This document shows positions 41,416 through 54,807 of a DNA stretch of 64,000 nucleotides, piece by piece. A program made the position numbers and the translations under genes. The number at the start of each line of letters is the position of its first letter. The stretch's first letter is position 1. Below the pieces are notes generated by a model that was not told the origin of the DNA, did not search any database, and worked only from the letters and a program-made list of their open reading frames with translations. Source of the DNA: the human T2T-CHM13v2.0 reference genome, Homo sapiens; assembly GCF_009914755.1 (NCBI RefSeq), contig NC_060933.1; one strand, 5' to 3'.

Positions 41416-42599
41416 AATACAACCCACATATCGCAAACGTCTTTGTTCCTCTGTCTTCATTCACCTCTCTATAAGAATGATGAGCATTTGCAGCAATAAA
41501 CGTTCTAGGAGAGGAACAGAATGCTTTTCAGATCTCTTGTTAAATGTTGCAATGCCTCCCTACACTTACCTTGATAAAATAAAATACAGACATCTGGTAA
41601 TGGAGTGAGCCTCACTTTATAAACTTTTAACACTAATGCTGTATTGCTTCTTCATAGGTTGGCCAAACTGGTCCAAACAGGCTAGTACCTAGGAGGACAG
41701 CTCATCAACCTCTCTCTCATTTTGGGTCCTTGCTTATCATATCTGCACCCAGTATTGTTATAGGTTTGGAACACAGCAGCTTTTAGGTGATGTCTGGTGT
41801 TATTATAATCCCTTGTTACTGTTGTTATCCTCATGACACTTATAATTCCTTGTTTGATGTCTGTGTTTTCAGCTATACTGTAGGCTCTGTAATAGCAAGG
41901 TTTGCATCTGTTTTGCTCAGGAGTTTATCCTAGTAACTACCATGGCACCTGACCAAAAAAAAAAAAAGTGCCCGGTGAATATGCACCCCATTCAAGTGGG
42001 TAGATGTGTCCCCATCCATGTGGATCAGAGAAGAGGGTGTCTTTCAGCCTCTACTTGCCACCTCAGTTGAGCAGCTTTATGTAGCACACATGGAAGGCCG
42101 GCTTCAGGTCGTTCCTGGTGCATTTCCTCTCCTTGTTCTATTGTCCGAGGTCAGCGTGGCTAGCTAACCACAGCCTCCACCTCTGGGCTTTTGCCGGTGT
42201 GGGTCTCGCGTTAGTCTCTGTGCTCCATGTACTTCAGAGGCATAAATCAAGCTCTCTGAGTGCTTCCACCTGTCTCACTCTGCTTCCTGGGAAGGGTTGG
42301 GACCCCTGGTCCTCCTTCCTGCAGGGTAGGGGCAATGCTATTGCTCTCCAACAACTCTCTCAAACAACTTTCACTCTCGGATACTACAATAGTAACCTAT
42401 TAAACTGTGTTGGCCACCTTTTTTGCACATGGAGCTCAGACGATCAGGCACCTCACTTTGGGTTGTTGAAACACTTGCTACTTAATGGCTTGTCCCCAGC
42501 CTTTTGTGGTCTCAGTCAAATGAGGGATAAAAGATGCTCCATTTTAATATGCTCTTGCATTCATGTAAAACCCATATTCAAATTGCTTCTGAACAATGC

Positions 42600-42990
42600 A
42601 GGATTCCATCTCTCATTTACATTCAGCCAGTTCAAATATCTGAAGCCAGCTATTATGTCCTCTGTACCACCTAGTCCTCTGTCCATTTCCTGTTCCTTAA
42701 AAATGACAGTGGCTTTCAGACCCTTTCCCATCCTAATTTTCCTCTTCGGGTCATATTCTAATTTGCCATGGTACTTAAAATGTTGACCTGTAATTGAACG
42801 TAATACTCCAGATGTGGTTTGATCAGAATATAGAAAGATGATTACTTCCCATAAACCAGAAATTACACTTTTATTAATGCAGTCTAAGATCCTTGGCTTT
42901 TTAGCAGCCACATCACACTGAATTACAGAGTTGACTGTAATTCAAAATAATATCCAATTTAAAGCAAGTGCTATTCCCCTGCCAGCTGGA
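42600..42990 (-). mobile_element. L3/CR1 ORF2 3' fragment
   Basis: Minus ORF 42561-42911 (AAKKPRILDCINKSVISGLWEVIIFLYS..HFK..KLE..RMGKGL..DIIAGFRYL) resembles the CR1 RT C-terminus. Confidence 0.85.
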
Positions 42991-43660
42991 TAGGGTTTCC
43001 CATTTAAATGGAGCATTTAAGCCAAAATGAGGTTAATATGTGACCAGAGGTGGCATTAGACCACCAAAGCACGTTGGGCTCCTAAATTGGTTGACTAACA
43101 AGTGTCACAAATCAGCTCAAGTGAAACTGGAAGTGTCAACTACCCTGACTACTTGTCAACAGGAAGAGAAATTGGGGGTGTGGGTGATGGTGGTAATAAA
43201 CAAGTCACTCCTCAGAATTATTCATAGGTATTTTTCCGAAGGAATAGTCCTATTTATTATACAACTTGCTCTTTTCAGATTTTAATGTGATATTTAAAAT
43301 TCAACTTCCTTTAATTTTTAAAAACCTGTTTATGATTTTAAAATACTTGTTTATCATGGAAATGTGGAAAATATGGCAAGTTATAAATGGGAAAAATTAA
43401 CCTATATTTGTAGAGATAACTCTGTTAACATCTTTCAGTGTCACTGCTTTTTCATTTGAAATTGCTTCAGGAGGAGGAGAAGAGTCATGTGAATTAATGA
43501 AGGTTTTTAATGTTCATCTTTAATAGGCAAAGATAAGTGCCACTGAGGTTTTTCAACCAGATAGGGTTTCCCTAAACAATGGAGGTCATGTGATAACTTT
43601 AACTCTATCCAACTCTATTCAAGAATTAGAGAAACTTGATCATAATTTGTCTGTTTCTAA

Positions 43661-43740
43661 TAGGTTGAACCATATGACACCACCATATTTTTAGGTAAAA
43701 AAAAGTGTTTGGACATCAGCAATATCACATGATTCAACAT
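43661..43740. mobile_element. MADE2 (mariner MITE)
   Basis: taggttgaaccatatga ... tcacatgattcaaca inverted termini, 80 bp. Confidence 0.8.
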
Positions 43741-44879
43741 GGTAAAGTTGTGGCAGTCTTGCAAAGAGTTTCTTGAATTTTGGAATGTCTTAGAACAATG
43801 CTATATTTGATTTAAGTAGCTCCATTTGACTGGATAATGGCAGAGACCAGAAACAAACAAGCTGCACACACCTATGTTTCCCAATGAATAAAATGCAGAA
43901 ACTAAACTGCCAGAAAATTTTGTAGAAATGTTGATGTGTTAAGTACATTTTAATATACCTTTAGTGTGTTCAGTAATTGTAATCATATTCTAAATTTTTA
44001 ATATGAGTTATTTCCAAAATATGAGTCTTTATTTGGTAACGCCTCTCTGCTTTGCCCCTTGACTATTTCTAACATGGATGGTACTGACCAGGAACTCAAG
44101 ATTAATGTGCTTAGGAGACTTAAAATAATGAGTATCCTTAAAATAATGAGTATCTTTAGTTCCATTCTTGCATTTTAAGGACATCCCAGGTTTATATGTC
44201 CATGCATACAGATTTTCAAATAGGTTAAATAAAACATCCCTCTCTTGGTCCAAAAAATCTTAAGAGCAGCATAAATCTAATTACTGATACCAATCTTCCA
44301 TGTGGGCTGCACTTGGGTGAAATATTTTTTGTTGTGATTATTACCTAGTGATCAACTGTTCAATTGAATTAGGCTTCATTTTCCATTTTCTTTGCCTTTC
44401 AAGGTATAATTAAAGCCTAATGCCAAATCTCACTAGAGCTCTCATCAATAACTTCCACTTAACCACTTTTAAGAAGACAGCCAGCCTTTGGGTTCAGACA
44501 AGGAGGCTACAGTTCACAACTTACTATTTAGATGACCCTTAAAAGCCATTCTCGGTCAATAATTCAAAGCAGTGTTCAACTTTCTTTATGAGGGAGAAGG
44601 AATTAACCTATCATGTTCTTATAGCCATGTTTCATCCAGGCAAATGTAAATCATTTAGATTGAAAATATAACATAATAAAGAAATTTTATCTCTGTACCC
44701 AGGTGAACCAGGGTGTGTTAGAAAAGCAGTCATTTCTCTTACACTCTGCTGGAAACAAAAAGAATAACTGTGCTATAGTTAAGCTGAGAAAACTGCTTGT
44801 TAGGCTGATATTGGAAAAGGAAGAGGTCAGAGGCACCAACAAATAGCTGCAGTGATTGCCAAGAGGCAGGTTACAAAGA

Positions 44880-45110
44880 AAACAAATGACATGTGAGCCA
44901 CTATATTTAACAGCATTTCATTATGTACAATAAGAAAATACCCTCCTACTTATTACCTCCATTAATCCCCTCAACAACTTGGAGTGATATTATTCTGGCT
45001 TTACACAAAAGAAACTGAAGCCAGGAGAAATTAAGTGACCCACTGAGGATCACACAGCAGAGCCAGAGCTTGAGTTCAAGACCTGAATCTGTAATTTTTG
45101 TCTTCCCACT
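44880..45110 (-). mobile_element. MIR
   Basis: gaaactgaagcc..aaattaagtgaccca..gatcacacagc..gagccagagcttgagttcaagac. Confidence 0.75.
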
Positions 45111-46629
45111 GTCCCACAGCTGCTGATACGGCCTTGTGTGTTCTGCATTCTCCTCAAAAGCCAGGTAGGGAAATATATTCAAGACAAGCTGGTGGAAAGG
45201 TTCATCTTTCCTCTGTGTATCAGAAACGACAGATTTGGTGACCTTCCACCAATTTGGTGAGAGTGAAGGCAAATTCAACGACAGACTTTACATCATTAAT
45301 GAAGTCAGCATGAACTTGACAAGTAAGTGCACATTTATTTTCAGGTAATACAAAGTTTAGTTACAGGGAGTACACATTTCTTTAATTTTGGGGGTATCAT
45401 AAAATAAAATAATTATATGTACTTTTTTTTTTTCTTGAGTTCAAATAGTACAGAAGGGTGTAAAATGTAAACTAATTATCTCCCCATCTCACTTTCCCAC
45501 TCTCATGCCCATTCCTATTTTGAAACTTTAACTGTTTTAACTATCTTTGTTGATCTGGTGGTTATCACCACACTTGTAAAAAACAGGCTTACATGTAGCC
45601 CTATTATTTGATGTATAAATTTATAATTTTTCTTTGAATTGTACTATAAAAGATGAGCAATTAGACTTACTTTTACTACCTCCCACACTGTTTCAATTCC
45701 TTTCCTCTACTTTTAAAATAATTATATTATTATATATAACATATATAGTAATTGCATTAGGTAGTTTTATTTTTCTTTCAGATGAATACCTTTGCAACTC
45801 TGAATAATACACCTGGTTAAGTACTCATATGTGAGACTGAAACCATGGGAAGTGTGACATCAAATTTTTGTAAATGGGAAGGGCTTCTCGATGGGAGGCT
45901 TCACCTCAGGCAAAAGAAAAGATAAAGGCTATACATCAGAGGACTCGCCATAAAGCTAGCTTGAATTTATTGCATTAAAATATGGAAAAATTGTTAATTT
46001 ATGTATGTGATTATGTATTATGTATATAATTTATATATTTAATTTGTGTATGTAATTAATGTTTTCCATATCTTAATGCAACAAATTGGAAATATATTAT
46101 ATATATGTAAATATATAGCAAATGGCCTTTATAGTAAAAGTTTCTGCATTTGATCATTCATTTGAAGATATTTTGTATGTTATATTTTACTGGTAGAAGT
46201 AGGCTTCATCAAATCAATAGATTTAGACAAATATGTCATGGTCAATGAGAAGAAAAATCACTGGTGAGAAAGACAGTTGATCCAGAAATGAGAAAGGGGA
46301 AGAGACAATTCTTGGGGCCATGAGAAAGGGGACTGGGCAGGCAAGTCAGAAGTGTTTGAGGAGAAGACAGTAATCAAAATTCCACGATCATGATTGTAAA
46401 TGCATATTAGGGGTAAAAGAGAAAACAGTAATCTGCAAGCTTACAGGCATATTTTGGCATGTTTTGTTTTTCTCCCACTGGCACATTTTTGAACGGTACA
46501 AATAAACCAAGTGCTTTTGGATCAACTTTGATTTGCCTGTGCAACTTGCTAACTCTGTGAAGGAAACATGGAAGTGAGAATCAATCCTATCCTCCTGGAG
46601 GTTTCTATGAATTAGAGGATGCTGGAATT

Positions 46630-47181
46630 GTGTTTCACAGGTTCACAGCTGGAGAGCAGTTTACCTCAAGGTGAATCCTATTTTGCGTCTCACTCATATC
46701 TTCTTTACATGATATTTAAATGAGACTTTAGACTTTTGAGTTGATGCTGAAACTACTTAGAACTTTTGAGGCTATTGGGATGGAATGGAAGTATTTTGCG
46801 TGGGAGAAGGATGTGAATCTGGGGGGACCAAGCTTGGAATGCTACAGTCTGAATATTTGTTTCCTGCAAAATGTATATGTTGAAATCCTAACTCCCAAGA
46901 TGATGGTAATAGGAGGTGGGGCCTTTGGGAGATGACTGGGTCATGAGGATTGTAAGGGATTAGTGCCCTTATAAAAGAGGCCCCACAAAGACCTCTCTCT
47001 TCCACCAGATGAGGACACAGCAAAAGTTGCCTTCTGCGAGAAAGTGGGCCCTTCACCAGACACCAATTCTGCTTTGATCTTAGACTTCCCAGCTTCCAGA
47101 ACTGTGGGAAATAAATTTCTGTTATTTACAAGCTACCAAATCTATAATATTTTGTTATGGCAGCCCAAATGGACTAAGACA
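46630..47181 (+). mobile_element. MLT1A0 LTR (46840-47181) with adjoining 3' end of MLT1-int
   Basis: gagactttagactttt..gatgtgaatctgggggg PPT region, then tgcta...ggactaagaca. Confidence 0.85.
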
Positions 47182-47199
47182 GTCACCCTCAGATAAATG

Positions 47200-47201
<2 letters not shown>

Positions 47202-47236
<35 letters not shown>
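47202..47236. repeat. (CA)n microsatellite
   Basis: Directly visible. Confidence 0.95.
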
Positions 47237-47240
<4 letters not shown>

Positions 47241-48594
47241 AACAAATTAATATCTGTTCTATAACTGCACTTAGAATGATGAGTTTTGGGCAACATTCTG
47301 CTATTCTTTTACTATCTTTCCTATGTTCATCAGATACAATTATCGCATGATATTTTGTTTTTGGATATCTTTATTTTGAAACAGACATATGGCCTCAGAA
47401 CTGGAAGCAAAGTTATTTCGTATGATTAACACAAATTTAAATATTCATGGACATTATATTTGATCATTAAGAAAAACTGAAGTGATTTTAACATAGAATG
47501 TTTTTATTTTGCCCATGAAAACTCACCCTCCATACAAATATTATAAACAAAGATGTAACTAAAGTTAAGATTCATCTCCATATTAAGATAGATTGTCTTA
47601 AGATATGTAACCTATTATTTCTTCTTTACCAAAATCTATGCTGATGCTTAGAAGGACATATTGAAGAAGTTGATAGTTTTCTATCATCATTAATTTTAGG
47701 AAGCTGTAAAAGTATTCTGGTAACATAAAATACATCATTTATGTTTTAGCAATTTTTCTTAAAATATGATTAATCGATGAGTATTTCACAATGTATAGTC
47801 TTCTCATCTACCATTTTTAGATAAAATTTCAGATAGTAGAAATTTTCAAGTTCTATAATAATATATTTATATACTACATTTTAAAGTGATGTGATAAACC
47901 AGTAGCAGACAGTGTTACATAATAGTGAATGAATGTTACCATAAATTTTATGTAAAAGTGTAAAATTTATTTTCCTACAATTAGGAATTTTCTTCAATGT
48001 ATATTTTTTAAGTAACAAAAATAATGAGGAACAGATACTGCTTTTTAAAATATGCCTTACACTATATTTCCTTCTAATTTGGGTATGTCACATTTTATTT
48101 ACCTATCATATTAAGATTCTCATGATGCGTATAAAAGTAACATCACAAGTAATCACAATTATGTAGAGACATTTTGATTCATTTTATCTTTTATCATATC
48201 ATTCATACATCAGCAAGCATGAAGGGGTGAGTGCGTTTTTATCAATAAATCAGTGGTGGGTGGTGGTTGTTGATGGGGTATGGGTATAAAATCTCTATTA
48301 TTGTGATGTTTGCCATATACTATACCCCATTGACTATGCAGTATTGCTATAATATATGCATATCATCAAAGTTTGATGACACATAAAATTAGCTGCTTAC
48401 ATATTTGTATTTGATAATGATATCCTAAAACATGTCAGGCTTGAGGGTAACTGACTCATGGATCTACTTCCTCATTCTTTCCAAAGTTAAAGCTTCTTGC
48501 ATCTAAGAAGCAAACAGTACCCAAACATTCCCTGGACTAGCCATTATCATGCATCTGCTATTTTATTGCCAACTGCTAAAAATGTGTGATGTTC

Positions 48595-49063
48595 TGTAGG
48601 AGATTGGTCAGGGTGGTGGGATAAATTATAGGGAAAGAAGCAAACCTTCTTGGAAGGCCAGGAAGTTTTGCAAAAGCTTTAAAAGAAAATTTGGCTGAAG
48701 GCAGCCAGATTCTCTTATCTGGAGCCTAAGAGCAAAGGGCAGATAACAAGAGAATGTAAAGGAACTTATCTAGATAAATTTGTTTACTCCTGTCTCCAGA
48801 AACCAACCTTTGATCATTCGCGCATGGGACTGCTCTCTACTTGGGGGGTTGACAATGTTTATTACCCACAAATTGTGTTTGCACCATGCCTTTGTCATTA
48901 AATCTGTACTGAATAAATGTGAGTGTTGCCGGCTTAGGGGGGCTGCTAACTCTCTTCAGCCCCTAGTGCCAACAGTCCCCTAGCCCACTCTTTCACTGGA
49001 TACCTGTGTCTGAGTACTCCTCTCACCCGTCACTCAGCCAGAGTCTGCAGGGCAGACTCAACA
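48595..49063 (+). mobile_element. LTR22 (HML-5, ERVK) solo LTR
   Basis: tgtaggagattggtcagggtggtggga start; perfect 6-bp TSD atgttc (48589-94 / 49064-69). Confidence 0.85.
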
Positions 49064-49154
49064 ATGTTCATTAATGTTCATAGTACTGTTAGTTGATATG
49101 CAAAATTTCTCCTACTAATTGAAGAAAGCTTTGATAAGTCTGAGATACATTATA

Positions 49155-49857
49155 CATATGCTCCTTGACTTAGGATGGGGCTACATCCTGATAAACCTAC
49201 AGTAAATTGAAAATATCTTAAGTCAAAAATGCATTAAATATACCTAACCTCACTGGGTGCGGTGGCTCACACCTGTAATCCCAGCACTTTGGGAGGCTGA
49301 GGTGGGCAGATGGCTTGGACTCTGGAGTTTGAGACCAGTCTGGGCAACCCCATCTCTACAAAAAAATATAAAAATTAGCTGGGTGTGGTGGCATGTGCCT
49401 ATAGTCCCAGCTGCTTGGGAGGCTGAGGTGGGAAAATCACTTGAGACCAGAAGATCAAGCCTGCAGGGAGCTGTGATTGTGCCACTGGACTCCAGCCTGG
49501 ACAATGGAGTGTGACCCTGTCTCAACAAACAAACAAACAAACAAACAATAAAAAACCTAACCTACTGACCTACCTTAAATGTGCTTAGAACACTTAAATT
49601 AGCCTACAATTGGACAAAATCATCTGGCAGCACAGTACACTGTTGAGTATCAGTTTCCCTTGGTGATCACATGTCTGGAAGCTGTGTCTCTTTGCCGCTG
49701 CTCAGCATTATGAGAGAGTATTGTATCACATATCTCTAGCCTGAGAGATCAAAATTCAAAATTCAAAGTATGCTTATTAATGAATGCCTATTGCCTTTAC
49801 ACCATCATAAAGTTGAAAAAGTCATAATTTGAACCATTGTAAGTCAGGGACTGTTTG
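49155..49857 (+). mobile_element. MER47B-like Tigger derivative (split by an Alu)
   Basis: atgctccttgactta..gtaagtcagggactgtttg termini with TA on both sides. Confidence 0.85.
49251..49550 (+). mobile_element. AluJ-like SINE with (CAAA)n tail
   Basis: Full dimer; TSD core acctaacct (49242-50 / 49555-63). Confidence 0.9.
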
Positions 49858-49888
49858 TACTTATACAAGTACATTTTTAAAAACATAT

Positions 49889-50109
49889 TACAACCGCTAT
49901 GGAAAAAAGTGTGGCGATTCCTCAAAGAATGAAAAGTGGATTTTTATTTGATCCAGCGCAATTTCACTACTGGGTATCTACCCAGAGGAAAACAAGTCAT
50001 TATATGAAAATTATACTTGCACACACCTGTTTATAACAGCAAAATTTACAACTGCCAAAATATGCAAACAGCCCATATGTCCATCAGTCAATGAGTGGAT
50101 AAAGCAAAT

Positions 50110-50162
<53 letters not shown>

Positions 50163-50560
50163 ATATATACATACATACACACACACCATGGAATACTACT
50201 CGGTGATAAAAAGGAACAAAATAATGGCATTCACAGCAACTTGGATGCAATTGGTGACCATTATTGTAAGTGAAGTAATTCAGGAATAGAAAACCAAATA
50301 TCATATGTTCTTACTCATAAGCAGGAGCTAAGCTATGAGAACACAAAGGCATAAGAATGATACAATGGACTTTAGGAACTTGGGGAAAAGGGTGAGAGCA
50401 GGGTGGGGGATAAAATACTATTCACTGTGTACAGTGTACACTGCTCAGGTGATGGGTGCACTAAAATCTCAGAAATCACCACTAAAGAACTTAAACGTGT
50501 AACCAAACACCATGTGTTCCCCAAAAACATATTGAAATTAAGAATTAAAAATTAAAAAAC
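49889..50560 (+). mobile_element. L1PB/L1MA 3' end containing (TA)n at ~50112-50160
   Basis: ctactgggtatctacccagaggaaaa; gatgggtgcactaaaatctcagaaatcaccactaaagaactta. Confidence 0.88.
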
Positions 50561-50800
50561 CCTATAGATAGCCTAATATAATATTCCTAAATACTGACAT
50601 AATCTATATATTTTGAACACCAATCTACATAGGTCTATTTTGATATGGGAGAAGGGAAACAATGACTAATTTGGGGACTAGAAAATAAAGTTCCAACTGT
50701 AGAATAGGAATTCTAGAGTAATTCAGTTAAGAAGAGCTGCATCTATCCACTACCTATTGTTCATCCCCATGGATGGCTGTGCAAGGAACACCACAAAGAA

Positions 50801-51603
50801 TGAAACCACTTTTGCCAAAATTATAACAGAAAATTATGACAGTGGGGGCGATCTGATCTGGCCAACCCACATCTTGTCTTTAGCCTTTAAGTTGCTCTTA
50901 ATTATTCCTGGACTTGGACGAAGCTAACTTTGGGAGACATTTAGTTTATAGTTTAAATGATATTAAATAATATCATAGTGATAATAGCCCTTACCCAAAA
51001 CTCAACTGCCTTTGTAAAGCTAATGAAAGGCCACCAGACTAGGAGAATGAGAATAGTTTATATCTACACCTCAGCCAAATTCACCCTGAATTTGCTAAGG
51101 TGTGAATTTGGCTAAGGTGTAGACATAAACTATTACTAGCCATTATTCCAGAGGTTGCAAGGTATGCAACTTCCTCAGTTACTCCTGCAGATAGCATCAC
51201 TATTGTAGAACCTAAGATTGGCCATTCAATATATCTTTTCAGGTTTTTTGCATGTCTGATGACCGATGGTTCCACCTCCACACTGCTCCCGTGGCCCCCC
51301 CCCAGAAGTGACTCAGCATGCATGAGGATCATTTCCCACTCCCCTATGATTGCACCCCCAGCCAATCAGGAGCAAGCACACATTGCCTAACTATGCCCTC
51401 CTCTTCCCCCAAACTATCTTTGAAAAACCCTAGCTCTCAAATGTTTGAATTTTCAGAGAGACTGATTTGAGTAATAATAAAACTCCAGTCTTGCATTTAG
51501 CTGGCTCTACATATGTAAAAGTCTTTCTCTATTGCAATTCCCCTGCCCTGATAAATGGGCCCTATCTGGGTAGTGGGCAAGAAAAACCCACTGGGTGGTT
51601 CCA
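50801..51603 (+). mobile_element. LTR8A-like solo LTR (ERV1)
   Basis: tgaaaccacttttgccaaaattataac start; aagctaactttgggagacatttagtttatagttt; perfect 4-bp TSD agaa. Confidence 0.85.
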
Positions 51604-52906
51604 AGAAGAAGAATTTATGATATGCACAGGTGCAGAACTCATCAACTTTCCTCTGCTGTATTCATATACAGAATTAAGTTTTAAAAATATTTGGGGATTT
51701 GTAGGGTATAAAAGTGGTAGTGTAGCAACATAGGCCCATGTATAGGGTAGTCATGTATTGAAGGCTGAGGGGATGAATGAATGAATGAATGAACGAGATG
51801 CTTATTAAATGAGTGAGTATGAAAAAATAGTGTTGAGAAGTTTGTGAGATGAGTAGAGTGGCAACTATGAATAGAAAGTCTACAACTCAGATATTCTGGG
51901 TAGACAGAACTTTAAGTGATTTTATTCTGATTTAATGTTTTCATGGGCAAAACTATTACCAGAATAATTTTTTAAAGAAGAGAGGGGGAAAAACCATTTC
52001 GTGACTATGTGTCCTGATTTAGGGCTTGGAAATTAGGGTCACCATACTTATCAGTGTATATTTTAATAACTCACTCATGGGTTTTAAGATGCCTGAGTTC
52101 TGTAAGTTTCCTCCCAGACAACATAATTTACACAAAGATGAACTTCCCCAAGAACATATTCTGCACTAAATATCAAATATCTGAAATGAAAGGATTTATG
52201 GGAGGTTTTATGTTTGCTATTTAGGCATGGACTATCCTCTTTCGATTATGTTTTTTTTCTTTCTATAACACATCAATAAATTTTACCTGAGTAATAAAGC
52301 AATTCTGTAGAAATCAATCTTCAATCCTGATTTATTCTGAGTGGTTTGCATCAGTGACTGGGAGATAATTCACAAGATCTCTCTGCGGTTCCTCTGCCAA
52401 CAGGGTCTTGACACCTGGCCAGAGAACAGTTGTATCTAATCCTCCTCGTTAGCTCATCCCCAGGGAGGCTTCTTTCGGCTGGTCTGTGAAATGACTTGGG
52501 TGGCTAGTATTTAGAAACAGGGAGTTAGAAAAACGAGGAGAGAAAGTGAGGGAGAGGGAGAATGGAGAAAAGAAGGAGGGAGGGAACAGGAGAGAGGGAG
52601 AAAGAATAAGAGCAGGAGAGAATTTTAATTCCATCTGGTGAGAACAAATTTTTGTTGTGCATGTTAGTGGTGGGTGTTTCCTATCAGAGTGGAATAAGCA
52701 ATAATAGTGGGTTGGCAAAAGGTCTCAGTTCATTAGAGGAAATGTGGTAATTTTTTCAATTGAGGTAGAAGCTCACAGGAGGAAGCTCCGTAAACAATCT
52801 CAATGTGTGGCTTAACAGCTGTCTTTTGCAGCCACTAACATTTTTAATAAGGTGGGAAAAGATGGAGAGCAACACTTAGAATTTTCTTTCTTTTGTCTTA
52901 TCTTTC

Positions 52907-52907
52907 A

Positions 52908-52953
<46 letters not shown>
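52907..52953. repeat. (CA)n microsatellite
   Basis: Directly visible. Confidence 0.95.
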
Positions 52954-52954
<1 letters not shown>

Positions 52955-54171
52955 AGACAAATGGTTTAATGATTAACTCTTCAGACTTTCATTGAGGCAG
53001 ATTTTAAAAAATAATAATAATAAAAGGTGCCAGCAAAAACCACAGATCAGACTGGAAAGAGGAGCAGCCCCTTACAAGGGCTTTTATCTCCTGCCCATCA
53101 TCTCAAATTGTCTTGTTTACCCCCCTGAATCCTGATCAGGCACCATTACTGCACTCAGTGTCCACAGCACTTTAGTGAAGGGAAAATTAATTCTGAATTA
53201 CTGGCCCCATAACTGCCTGCTTCTTCACATGATCTGTCAGGAAAATAAGCAGACAATAGCTAGCTAAGTGGATTTCTGCTTGCTGCCATTCACAGGAGAA
53301 GGGACAGGTGTTCAATGGGGCTTCTTTCTTTCCCCAACTGCTATTTCACAATACATAGAGGAGGAGTTTAATTGCTTGCACCCACCTGCACCCTTGTCAT
53401 TTCTTGGTTCTATTGGTTTTAATGAAAATATTAAGTGCACTCTAGGAACAGCAGCTAAGTGACATTTTGATTGAAATACACAAGGAAATGTATAATGGAA
53501 GCAGGCACTATTACAATGTTAATAGAAACTGAAAGAAGCAACATCCAGAACCACATTTTTGCTATTGTTATGCATATAGCTAGTCCTCAGAAGGGTAATA
53601 GGGGACTTACCCTTCTAGCTCTTGGTAAAAGAGGCTTTCACCTCAGCTACCTGACTTTTTTTGGTTTTGTTTTCTAGAAGAATAAAGTGGCCAGCTTTGA
53701 TGTATTTTCTTTCATTAGACACCTCTTAGATAGCATTCATGGTCAAGTATATATTGGAATACCTTTCCTCTTCTCTGGAATCACAACTCAGTAGAGTTTC
53801 TGTAGAGAAGTTGGATTTATTGACATGAATATAGGATGAAAACAATGATTCCTTGCAGGTGAACTCTCTTACCAGTCGCAAAGATGCGCTGCCTGAGCCA
53901 ATCTCCTAGACTCAAAATATAGGAAGAAAAAAGTCAAAATAAAAATTATACTATGAAGCATCCTCAATGCATTTAACGTTCATTTCTATCTTGAGCATTA
54001 TAATAACATGAAATTGTGTAATGGATATAAAATGAAATAACATTGTCATCCTTAACAAACATGCATGCACATACATGCACACACATAAATTGTCCCATAG
54101 AATTTAAATTGCTAATATAGAAAATTAATGATCTCATACATTTTATATCTTTTTACTTAAAAGTTAGAATA

Positions 54172-54459
54172 GGCCGGGTGCAGTGGCCACGCCTGTAATC
54201 TCAACACGTTGGGAGGCCAAGGTGGGCAGATCACGAGGTCAGGAGTTCGAGATCAGCCTGACCAACATGGTGAAACCCCGTCTCTACTAAAAATACAAAA
54301 ATTAGCTTGGCATGGTGGTGTGTGCCTGTAGTCCAGCTACTCAGGAGGCTGAGGCAGGAGAATGGCTTGAACCTGGAAGGCGGAGGTTGCAGTGAGCCGT
54401 GATCACGCCAGTGTGACAGAGTGAGACTCTGTCTCAAAAAAAAAAAAAAAACTAACTAA
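54172..54459 (+). mobile_element. AluS (Sg-like) with ~15-nt internal deletion near the 3' end
   Basis: Perfect TSD aaaagttagaata (54159-71 / 54460-72). Confidence 0.93.
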
Positions 54460-54807
54460 AAAAGTTAGAATATTTTCTAGTGGGTATTGAGTGACAGAAA
54501 ACAACATGTTCTTCGTTGATAATGTTCCTAAATGTATATAGCCTTATAAAAGAGCAGTGTGCATGCTTTTTCTTTAGTAGGAAGGTCTCTGTTCATCCAT
54601 GATTTAAAACAATGAGGAAAGCTTATAATATTGACAATACTAAAAATATAAGAGAGAAATCCAGAGGGACATGTGTTGCATACCTGTGCATACTTGTAGT
54701 TGTCTCAGGGATTCTTTGCCCAGTACACACCTAAATAAATGACCTCATTTATTTATTCATTCATTCATCCATTTGTCCTTTCATCCATCCATTCATCCAT
54801 CATCAGT

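Noticed and set aside
42118-42786. Longest ORF (222 aa, + strand)
   Set aside because: GTG start, no recognisable domain, and its 3' part is antisense to an L3/CR1 fragment; most likely chance.
44119-44156. 18-bp tandem duplication cttaaaataatgagtatc
   Set aside because: Ordinary slippage duplication.
45830-46610. Possible very old Gypsy/ERVL-like LTR
   Set aside because: Only an AATAAA and vague resemblance; family and ends not supportable.
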